In this document: positions 46,536-57,000 of the stretch, in pieces
Position numbering within the stretch: the stretch's first letter is position 1
Layout of the letters: every line of letters begins with the position of its first letter
DNA from: an uncultured virus (IMG/VR IMGVR_UViG_3300008116_000013)
Taxonomy: Duplodnaviria; Heunggongvirae; Uroviricota; Caudoviricetes
IMG/VR virus record: IMGVR_UViG_3300008116_000013
Strand: one strand, 5' to 3'
Length of the DNA stretch: 64,000 nucleotides
Position numbers and translations under genes: made by a program
Notes under the pieces: model-generated
What the model saw: the letters and a program-made list of their open reading frames with translations, nothing else
Databases searched by the model: none
Told to the model about the DNA's origin: nothing

Positions 46536-49500
46536 TTATACGTTAAATGATATTTGTGAATTACCTGGTAATGCATTACTAGTTGCACTTGATGCTGCAA
46601 AATTATTACGAGCAACACTTAAAAATGCACCAGGAACTGCTGCTGTTGTATCAATGGAATAAGTGACCTTATCCATCGTTGATCTTGAACCACCACCACC
46701 AAAGTATCCTGCCACTAAAGATGATGTTGCAACAACACTATCACGAGCAGCACTTAATGAGGCACCAGGAATTGTTGATCTTGTATCAGTGGAGTAAGTT
46801 AATTTATCCATTGTTGAATATGCATTGGGATTAACAAAACCACCACCAAAGTAACCTGCTGTTGAGTTTCCTGTTGCGGCAACATTACTACCAACACTTA
46901 AAAATCCTGCAGTGGGAAGTGCTGATATAAAATCATTTGAATAAGTGATCTTATCTACTGTTGTTCTTGCACCTGGAAGTGGAGTAAAGTTATTTCCACC
47001 ACCAAAGTATCCTGCAGTTGAGTTTCCTGTTGCACTAGCACCATAACGAGGAGAACTTAAGGAAGGAATTTGCGAAATAATTTCAGTAGAATATGTAAGT
47101 TTACTTGCATTTGAATATGGTCCAGGTGCAGCGGGAAAACCACCGCCACCAAAGTATCCTGCTGCTGGAGAACTTACTGCAGCAATATTTCTACGATCTC
47201 TGGTTATACTGGATCCAGATATAATTGTTTTTGTATCTGTTATATAATAAATTTTATCCATTAAAGAATAATCCGAACTAGACCCTGGCTGGGGACCTCC
47301 AGAAAAATATGCTGTTGTTGAATTTCCGGTTGCACAATGATTATAACGAGCACCATTTAATGCTGCACCAGGAACTGCTGCTGTTGTATCTGATGCATAA
47401 GTAACCTTATCCATTGTTGAATATACGAAAGAAGCAATACCACCACCAAAATATCCAAAATTTGAAAATATTGTTCCTGTCTGAAAAGTCGGTTGAGGTA
47501 GTGCATTTGCTCTGGCACTCGCTGCTCCAAGATAAGTGCGAGCAGCACTTAATGCGGCACCAGGAACTGCTGCTGTGGTATCTGATGCATAAGTAACCTT
47601 ATCCATTGTTGCCACTATGGCACCACTAAAACCACAACCAAAGTATCCAGCGGATGAAGATCCTGTTGCAGAAAGAGAATAACGTGTTGCACTTAATGCG
47701 GCACCAGGAACTGTTGATCTAGTATCAGTTGAATAAGTCACCTTATCCATTGTCGATGATGCAGGAACACCACCACCAAAGTATCCTGCTGTTGAAGAAC
47801 CTGTTGCGGCAAGAGAATAGCGAGCAATACTTAATGCTGCACCAGGAACTGCTGATGTAGTATCGGTCGAATAAGTGACCTTTTCCATTGTTGTTAATGG
47901 ACCAGGAAAACCACCACCAAAGTATCCTGATGTTGAGTTACCTGTTGCAGCAAGACCACTACGAGCACTTAATGAGGCACCTGGCAGCGCAGCAGTGGTA
48001 TCTGATGAATAAGTCAATTTATCCATTGTCGATGCCACAGGATTACCACCACCAAAGTATCCTGCGGATGAAGATCCAGTTGCGGCAAGGTATTTACGAG
48101 CAGCACTTAAAGCAGCGCCAGGAACTACTGCTGTTGTATCTGATGCATAAGTCACTTTATCCATTGTTGAATATAAATTAGGAGATACAATACCACCACC
48201 AAAGTATCCTGATATTGAATTTCCAGTTGCAGCAGAACCTCGACGTGCCACACTTAATGAAGCACCAGGAACTGCTACGGTAGTATCTGATGAATAAGTA
48301 ACCTTATCCATTGTTGATGATGATGTTGAAGGACTAGGACCTCCCCCACCAAAGTATCCAGTGTTTGGTACAGATGCATTGAAAATTGTAGGTGTTACTG
48401 TCGTTGCTGGTGGTTGAAACAATGCATTGGCTCTGGCACTTGATGCGGCAAGATCATAACGAGCAACACTTAATGCGGCACCAGGAACTGCTGCTGTGGT
48501 ATCTGATGAATAAGTGACCTTATCCATTGTTGAGCTTACAGGACCAGAAGTACCACCACCACCAAAGTATCCTGCTGTTGAAGATCCTGTTGCGGCAAGA
48601 CCATAACGAACAGCACTTAATGCAGCACCAGGAACTGCTGCAGTAGTATCAGTAGAATAAGTGACCTTATCCATTGTTGAATGATAATTAAATGCAGATC
48701 CCGTAAAATAATAACCACCACCAAAGTATCCTACTGTTGAGTTACCTGTTGCAGCAAGAGCGGCTCGAGCCGCACTTAATGAAGCACCAGGAACTGCTGC
48801 AGTAGTATCAGTCGAATAAGTGACCTTATCCATTCTTGATATATTATTAAATCCACCACCAAAATACCCTGCCGTTGAGTTTCCTGTTGCGGCAAGTTTA
48901 CTGCGACTAATACTTAATGCTGCTCCAGGAAGATCAGACATAGTATTTGAATTATAACTTAATTTAGACATTCTAGTGCCAGGACTACCACCACCAAAGT
49001 ATCCTGCTGTTGAGTTTCCTGTTGCGGAAAGACCATAGTTGATTGAACTAAAAAATGCTGTGGTTGGTGCTACTGCATTTGTATCTGCCGCATAAGTTAT
49101 TATCTGTACCGATGAAACAAAATTTGATATACTATAATCAAATCCACCTCCAAAGTATCCTGCTGTTGTGTTACCTGTTGCACCTTGTTGAGCTCTTGCA
49201 ACCGCAAAAAAAGCACTAGGAATTGCTGCAGTTAAATCTGTTGAATAGTTTAATTTATCAACTGTGGCGCTGGAAGCACCACCTGCAAAATATCCTGTTT
49301 GTGGAGATAAAGTTCCATCAATAAATTTTGATGATGCAGATGATGGTAAAGTACTTACTACTCCCGGCAGTGCATTTGCTCTTGAACTCAGTGCAGCAAG
49401 AGTATTGCGAGGAATACTTAAAGCTGCTGTAGCAACTGCTGAAGTATTTTCTGTTGCAAAAGTCAACTTATCCATCGTCGAACTTACGCCAGGTGAATTT

Positions 49501-50265
49501 CCTCCACCAAAGTATCCTGCTGTTGAGTTTCCTGTTGCAGCAAGACTACTACGTACAGTGCTTAAATTTGCGCTAGTTGGTGCTAAAGCAGTTGTATCTG
49601 ATGAATATGTAAGTTTATCCATCGTAGATACGTTAGAAGGAGATAATCCACCTCCAAAGTATCCTGCTGTTGAAGAACCTGTTGCGGCAAGAGAATAGCG
49701 AGCAACAGTTAAGTTTGCACCAGGAATGAGACTACATGTGTCATAAACATATGTAACCTTATCCATTGTCGATCTTGGAGATCCCTCAAAACCACCACCA
49801 AAGTATCCTGCTGTTGTGGATCCTGTCGCACCAAAACCAAAACGAGCAACATTTAATGCGGCACCAGGAACTGCTGCTGTAGTATCAGTTGAATAAGTCA
49901 ACTTATCCATTGTTGAATATGTACCAGGAACACCAGGAAATAGACCACCACCAAAGTATCCTGCCGTTGAGTTTCCTGTTGCAGCGAGAGCACGACGAGC
50001 AACACTTAAGAATGCACCAGGAACTACCGCAGTAATATCAGTAGAATAATTAAGTTTATCTACTGTCGAATAAGCACCAGGAGCAAAACCACCACCAAAG
50101 TATCCTGCTGTTGAGTTTCCTGTTGCAGCAAGTTGATAACGAGCAGCACTTAATGCAGCACCAGGAACTACCGCAGTAATATCAGTAGAATAATTAAGTT
50201 TATCTACTGTCGAATAAGCACCAGGAGCAAAACCACGACCAAAGTATCCAGTGTGTATCAGGCAT
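46536..50265 (-). pseudogene. Repeat protein B: 24 repeats (4 x 6); 5' end frameshifted with leader deleted
   Basis: ATG CCT GAT ACA C at 50265 is out of frame with TGYFG at 50252; the frame is open from 50252 to 46536. Confidence 0.75.
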
Positions 50266-50764
50266 TTCTTATTATTATCTTCTGATAAAGCATAGAGTTA
50301 TTTAGTTTACTCTCATAAGAATGCCAACGATTTCCGCGGAACAAAACCATTCGATTATACCTTGCAGGAATGTTACCGTACTCTTTCCACAAACTCAGAT
50401 CAGAAGAGAAGACTTGACTCAGTTGACTCTCATCAATCTGATATTGAATCATCTCTTCCTTTGTTGGAAATGTTTCTAATCCCGTTGCAAGGTGAGAGTA
50501 AAACTTGACTCCAAACTCACCAAATGACTCAAGAGGTAGAGTCAAATAAATCAGAGCGATCCAATCACACTCAAGGTGTGCAACTACACCAGGAAGACTT
50601 CCAGTTTGATTGGATGCTGATATAATTTCAATCGGATTCCCAATGATCTGTGAGATTTTTCCTACAGTCTCATCAGTAATCACACACTGGTTTTCAAAAA
50701 AACCTTTATGATACTGGTGTGCAATATCATAAAGGTCATCAACGATAATGATCTGTTCGGTCAT
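50258..50764 (-). CDS. DUF6445-like protein (degenerate oxygenase motif)
   Basis: IIIVDDLY, IYLT, YNRMVLFRG..WHS; similar to 45896..46510. Confidence 0.65.
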   Translation of the reverse strand: MTEQIIIVDDLYDIAHQYHKGFFENQCVITDETVGKISQIIGNPIEIISASNQTGSLPGVVAHLECDWIALIYLTLPLESFGEFGVKFYSHLATGLETFPTKEEMIQYQIDESQLSQVFSSDLSLWKEYGNIPARYNRMVLFRGNRWHSYESKLNNSMLYQKIIIRNA

Positions 50765-51636
50765 TCTTCGGTATAGGTTCCAGAAATCTTTTTCTGTTCT
50801 TCTGCAGGTTTGATTGCGGCACCATAACCAAGATCAGCACCAGTGATCTTCTCATAACCTCTCATCACTTTACCCTGAAGATCATTGATAAACTCCATTC
50901 TTCCCTGATGATCAAGAAGTTTATTCATTGGCAGATAACCTTCCTTGAAATTGTTTCTTGGATCAACCATTGCAGGAGCAGATGCACGACGCATTGCCTG
51001 TAGGTTTGCACCAGAGATACCAGTCTGTGCTGCCATCAGATCGTCCAGTGCCTGTTCTGCAAGACGAGTATCCCAATACTCTTGGTTCTCTTCCAGGAAC
51101 TGCTCTCTGGTAGGAGGAGTACCACCGTTCTGTTCGACCAGTTTTGCAAGCATCTTATCCAGGTGCTGCATCTGGTGTAGACGATCACGAATTTCCATCT
51201 CACTACCTTTCAGATAATGAGTTAGTTCAAGTTCTTCAAGATCATACCAGCAGAGTTTCTTACCACCACCAGGACCACCAGTTTCCCACATGATGGGTTG
51301 AGTCTTATCCTTATCGTTCCACTTGTACTCAAACTCACGAACTCTCTCTTTCATTTCGATGAGTTTGAACATGTATCCCGATGCCATGATACGACGTTCT
51401 TTTAGAATGTGCTCGAAAGATACAGAGATATTATGAGTATTCAGACCAATGAACTTTTCAATTTGGAAGTTGGTTCTTCCCTGTGCCATTTCCTTATCAC
51501 TTTCTTCCCAGGCAAAAACATTCTGAGATGCCTGTGCCAGGTAATCATCATTCAGAACTGCTTCTTGTGCGTTGATTGGTGTATAAGTCAATGCAAAATT
51601 TTCTTTAGTCATAACTTCTGTCAAATGTATAGACAT
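50761..51636 (-). CDS. Hypothetical helical protein
   Basis: 291-aa ORF, no recognisable motif. Confidence 0.7.
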   Translation of the reverse strand: MSIHLTEVMTKENFALTYTPINAQEAVLNDDYLAQASQNVFAWEESDKEMAQGRTNFQIEKFIGLNTHNISVSFEHILKERRIMASGYMFKLIEMKERVREFEYKWNDKDKTQPIMWETGGPGGGKKLCWYDLEELELTHYLKGSEMEIRDRLHQMQHLDKMLAKLVEQNGGTPPTREQFLEENQEYWDTRLAEQALDDLMAAQTGISGANLQAMRRASAPAMVDPRNNFKEGYLPMNKLLDHQGRMEFINDLQGKVMRGYEKITGADLGYGAAIKPAEEQKKISGTYTEE

Positions 51637-51660
51637 TTTATCATATTATATAGGGTAATT

Positions 51661-53364
51661 TCAAGAGACGCAACTTTGAGCAAGAACTTGATTAGCAATT
51701 TCTTTTCCCCACTTCTGTTCAAAATAATTTCGATAATTTTTTTCTCGCTCTAAGGTTACTTCTTTTGATTCAGATCCTCTCCAAGTTGATTTACCACAAA
51801 AATGAAGTAGATAAGATTCGCAGTTAATATCAACATCAAATCCAAGTTGTTGTGCTCTTAATCGATAGTCCGTATCTTCAGCACCGTTCTTAAAGTTTTC
51901 ATCTAGAAATCCAACTTTTAATAGAACTTCACAAGGAATATAAAAACAATAAAATCCAATAATTGTTTTATTAAGATTTAATGTTTTTGAATCGATCAAC
52001 TTAGAAAATGTATTTAACTCCTGTTCTTTATTATCATAATCTTCAATATCCATCACTGATTTAATTTTCAAACTCCCATATTCTCCAGGTAATTTTTGGT
52101 TACACAATGGAACTAAAATTTTGTTTCTAGCAGTGAAGTTTTGATTCCAGTCTTCAGTAAAAACTATATCATTACTTAAACCAAAAAAGTCAACTCGATC
52201 AACAGCAGCAAGTTTCATGATAAAGTTCATATTCTCCGCAAAAGTTTTTGGAGTATTATTTGAAATTACAGTGATTTTATTTTGATAATTTGAAAGTTGA
52301 TATTGATTGTCATTATCAATTAAGAAAAATTTATCATGTTCATTTAAATCAGTATTTTTGAAGAAAGAATCAATTGCCAAGTTAGTGTATTGCTCTGTAT
52401 CATGAGTGCTTACCATACAATAATACACTGGTCTTTTCTCTACACTTTTATTTTGTATCGTATCAATCAGATTTTTCCATTGCTCTGCAATCTTTTTCCA
52501 GTCATATTTTTCGGTCACATAATCCGAAATGATCTTAGAAACTTCTTGATAGAACTTCGGTTCCTTTTCATAATAATCCAATGCCAGGCAACAGGCATTA
52601 GCAAAGTTAACCAGGAAATTCTCAGTGACCTTCCAACCTTTGGATGTATTCTCACCTTCAATTGGAACCACAGTTGCATTCTTCTCTCCAGCAACCTCTG
52701 CGAGTGCTCCAATATTTGTGATGATTGGATAAGCACCACAACGCATTGCCTCACACATTGATTGGCAAAATGTTTCTTCCCAAATATTCGGATGAATAAA
52801 AAATGCAGACTCTTGATAATGTTTTACTAATTCTTCCTGAGTAACTGCGCGGGAGTATTCTACATTTGGTAATGTTTTAATATGTTCATAAAGTTCAATA
52901 AAAGGATCATTTGAAATTCCATACAAAGACATCGAAGAAAAAATCTTAAACTTTGTATCTGGATGAAATTGTTGGATCAATGGGATCACTTTTGATAATA
53001 CTTCAAGACCCTTATAAGGAATTGAAGTAAAGATCATTGTTTTTGTTTTTTGAATTGAATGTGAAAAAATATCATAGATTCCAACTGGAATTACTGTAAT
53101 TTTGTGTTCAGGAACATTTAAGTATTTTACAAACTGATCCTTATTCCATTGAGAAGGAGATACAATATGATCTACAATTGTATGATCAAAATTTAAAAAT
53201 ATTGGTTGATCATAAGCATGATGTGCCCAAAGAATTTTATATTGATGATTCGATTTTTTAATTTCTTCTGGTAAGTGTGATACAAAAACATTTTCAGGTA
53301 ACTGATAATGTTCTGCCAATCGAATATAACATTTTTCAGTTCCACCTGTAATTTGAGTTGCCAT
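51661..53364 (-). CDS. Bifunctional glycosyltransferase (GT-B/GT4-like + GT-A/GT2-like)
   Basis: KGL...HPNIWEETFCQSMCEAMRCG..PI..NIGALAE; C-terminal LIDN...SNDIVF...GFLDENF..GAEDTDY...H. Confidence 0.88.
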   Translation of the reverse strand: MATQITGGTEKCYIRLAEHYQLPENVFVSHLPEEIKKSNHQYKILWAHHAYDQPIFLNFDHTIVDHIVSPSQWNKDQFVKYLNVPEHKITVIPVGIYDIFSHSIQKTKTMIFTSIPYKGLEVLSKVIPLIQQFHPDTKFKIFSSMSLYGISNDPFIELYEHIKTLPNVEYSRAVTQEELVKHYQESAFFIHPNIWEETFCQSMCEAMRCGAYPIITNIGALAEVAGEKNATVVPIEGENTSKGWKVTENFLVNFANACCLALDYYEKEPKFYQEVSKIISDYVTEKYDWKKIAEQWKNLIDTIQNKSVEKRPVYYCMVSTHDTEQYTNLAIDSFFKNTDLNEHDKFFLIDNDNQYQLSNYQNKITVISNNTPKTFAENMNFIMKLAAVDRVDFFGLSNDIVFTEDWNQNFTARNKILVPLCNQKLPGEYGSLKIKSVMDIEDYDNKEQELNTFSKLIDSKTLNLNKTIIGFYCFYIPCEVLLKVGFLDENFKNGAEDTDYRLRAQQLGFDVDINCESYLLHFCGKSTWRGSESKEVTLEREKNYRNYFEQKWGKEIANQVLAQSCVS

Positions 53365-53368
53365 AATA

Positions 53369-54022
53369 CTATCCTTGATAAATGTGATAACCAGTATGAT
53401 TCAGTTTGATTGTTGTGTCTAACCAGATACTATAACCGACTGATTGTGCTCTGTGGAAAAAACTCTTATCCTCTGACATAAATCCATTCTGACTCTGATG
53501 CTCCGCAAAGTAATGATAAGAATTATTCATCTCTGCTGGAGTATGTGGAGTATCAGAATGATAGTCTGATGGAATGTATTTAAGATTTGGATATTGTTTT
53601 GCGATGTCTAGAAACACCTGTCGATGAATCAGAACAAATCCCATTCCATTTCCATTGATCTTGACTAGATCTCCGTGTCGTTCTTCTGGTTGAACGATAT
53701 CTACACAGTATCGTTCTGGGATGATCTTCATTGGATAGGCACCAGAAACAATTGGAACTTGATGTGCCATTAATTTTAGCACATCTTCTGGATTAAATCC
53801 AATGTCACTATCCAGGAAAAAGAGATACTCGTGTTCTGTATTGTTAATGAAAAAGTTGGCAACCTTAGATCTTGCCTGAGTAATCAGAGAAGAGTTTGTC
53901 AGGGTCAGGAGTCCGTGATGAACATTGTTACGGACTAGTGCTTTCCCTAGATTGAAAAGTCCAAGAGTTGTTTTTTCACTCACAATTCCTCCCATGCAGG
54001 GAAGACCAATCATTAAAGTCAT
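53369..54022 (-). CDS. GT-A fold glycosyltransferase-like protein
   Basis: IGLPC...SSLITQARS...LFFLDSDIGF (DxD)...GMGFVLIHR...SEDKSF...H.G. Confidence 0.75.
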   Translation of the reverse strand: MTLMIGLPCMGGIVSEKTTLGLFNLGKALVRNNVHHGLLTLTNSSLITQARSKVANFFINNTEHEYLFFLDSDIGFNPEDVLKLMAHQVPIVSGAYPMKIIPERYCVDIVQPEERHGDLVKINGNGMGFVLIHRQVFLDIAKQYPNLKYIPSDYHSDTPHTPAEMNNSYHYFAEHQSQNGFMSEDKSFFHRAQSVGYSIWLDTTIKLNHTGYHIYQG

Positions 54023-54050
54023 ATAGTCTTTTTGATTATTATACCACTAA

Positions 54051-57000
54051 TTATACAACAAATGGTCCAGGTGCTGTTTCTGGAAGTGCATTTGCTCTGG
54101 CACTTGATGCTGCAAGACCATTACGAGCAACACTTAATGCTGCACCAGGAACTGCTGCTGTGGTATCTGATGCATAAGTAACCTTATCCATTGTTGATCT
54201 TATGCTACCACTAAAACCACCACCAAAGTATCCTGCTGTTGAGTTACCTGTTGCGGCAAAAGCAAAACGTGCAACACTTAATGCGGCACCTGGAACTGCG
54301 GCGGTGGTGTCTGATGCATAAGTGACCTTATCCATTATTGATGATGTAGGTGAACCACCACCAAAGTATCCTGCGGTTGAGTTTCCTGTTGCAGCAAGAA
54401 GATAACGAGCAACAGTTAAGTTTGCACCAGGAACTGCTGCTGTGGTGTCTGATGCATAAGTAACCTTATCCATTGTTGATACTAAACTAGGGGAAGCACC
54501 ACCACCAAAGTATCCTGCTGTTGAGTTTCCTGTTGCAGCAACACCATGTCGTGCTGCACTTAATGCGGCACCAGGGACTGCTGCTGTGGTATCTGATGAA
54601 TAAGTGACCTTATCCATTGTTGAATAAAAACTAGGAGGTACAGTGCCACCACCAAAGTATCCTGCTGTTGAGGATCCTGTTGCAGCAAGACCATTACGAG
54701 CAACACTTAATCTGGCACCAGGGACTGCTGCTGTGGTATCTGATGAATAAGTGACCTTATCCATTGTTGATACTGGACCAGGTTCGCCACCACCAAAGTA
54801 TCCTGCTGTTGAGTTTCCTGTTGCAGCAACATATCTACGAGCAACACTTAATGCGGCACCAGGAACTGCTGCTGTTGTATCTGATGCATAGGTCACCTTA
54901 TCCATTGTCGATGCCACAGGACTACCACCACCAAAGTAACCAGTGTTCGGAGTAGGTGCGAATGATGGAGTCTCAAAGGTTTGTGGTAATGCATTTGCTC
55001 TTGCGCTTGATGCAGAAAGAGTATTACGAGCAACACTTAATGCAGCACCAGGGACTGCAGCAGTAGTATCAGATGCATAAGTGACCTTATCCATTGTTGA
55101 TCTTGGACCAGGATTACCACCACCAAAGTATCCTGCACTTGAGTTCCCGGTTGCAGCAAGAAAATATCGAACAGCACTTAATACAGCACCAGGAACTGTT
55201 GATCTTGTATCAGTAGAATAAGTGACCTTATTCATTGTTGATAATGGACCAGGAGCACCACCACCAAAATATCCATCAGTTGCATTTCCAGTAGATCCAG
55301 TTCCACCAATAGTAGTGCTAAATGATGCACTAGGAATAGCACTATTAGTATCCGTTGAATATGTCAACTTATTCATTGTTGATAAAGTACCACCAGGAGA
55401 AGTACCACCACCAAAGTATCCTGCATCTGAATTTCCTGTTGCAGAAAATTCACCACGAGCAGGATTAAATGCGGCACCAGGAACTGCTGCTGTGGTATCA
55501 GTCGAATAAGTAACCTTATCCATTATTGAATAATTATTTGGTGAGACACGACCACCACCATAATATCCTGCTATTGAGTTACCTGTTGCTGCTAAATAAG
55601 CACGAGCAACACTTAATGCGGCACCAGGAACTGCTGCTGTTGTGTCTGATGAATAAGTGACCTTATCCATTGTTGAATATATTGCAGGAAAAGCAAGTCC
55701 ACCACCAAAGTATCCAGCGGTTGAGTTTCCTGTTGCAGCAACACCATAACGAGCAGCACTTAATGATGCACCAGGAACTTGTGCTGTTGTATCTGATGAA
55801 TAAGTGACCTTATCCATTGTTGATACTGGACCAGGAGAACCACCACCAAAGTATCCAGTGTTTGGTGATGATGCGAATACAGTTGCTGGTGTGGGTGTTG
55901 CTGCTGGTGGTTGAGGTAGTGCGTTTGCTCTGGCGCTTGATGCGGCAAGACCATAACGAGCAACACTTAATGATGCACCAGGAACTGCTGCTGTGATGTC
56001 TGATGCATAAGTGACCTTATCCATTGTTGATAATGGACCAGGAGCACCACCACCAAAGTATCCTGCTGTTGAGGATCCTGTTGCAGCAAGAGTATCTCTA
56101 GCAACACTTAATGCAGCACCAGGAACTGCTGCTGTGGTGTCTGATGAATAAGTGACCTTATCCATTGTTGAGTATAATACTGGTCCAGGAGTATTGCCAC
56201 CACCAAAGTATCCGGCAGTTGAGGATCCTGTTGCAGCAAGAGCATAACGTGCTGCACTTAATGCGGCACCAGGAACTGCTGCTGTGGTGTCTGATGCATA
56301 AGTGACCTTATCCATTGTTGATCTGGGACCACTACCACCACCAAAGTATCCTGCTGTTGAGTTTCCTGTTGCAGAAAGTCCATATCGTGCCGCACTTAAT
56401 GCGGCACCAGGAACTGCTGCTGTGGTATCAGATGAATAAGTGACCTTATCCATTGTTGATCTTGAACCACCACCACCACCACCACCAAAGTATCCTGATG
56501 TTGAGTTACCTGTTGCAGCAAGACCACTACGAGCAACACTTAATGCTGCTCCAGGAACTGCTGCTGTGGTGTCTGTTGAATAAGTGACCTTATCCATTGT
56601 TGATCTTATAGGAAACCCACCACCACCAAAGTACCCTGCGGTTGAAGATCCTGTTGCGGCAAGAAGATAACGAGCAATACTTAATGCTGCTCCAGGAACT
56701 GCTGCAGTGGTGTCTGATGAATAAGTAACCTTATCCATTGTTGATCTTGCAGGAAACCCACCACCACCAAAGTATCCAGTGTTTGGTGATGGAGTTGCAT
56801 CAGAAAATCTTAGTGAAGGTCCTGACTGGAGAGGTAATTCTGGAAGTGAATTTGCTCTGGCACTTGATGCAGCAAGTCCATAACGAGCAGCACTTAATGC
56901 GGCACCAGAAACTGCAGCGGTAGTTTCTGATGAATAAATTAATTTATCCATTGTTGATCTTGGAGAAGCGCCGCCACCACCAAAGTATCCTGCTGTTGAG

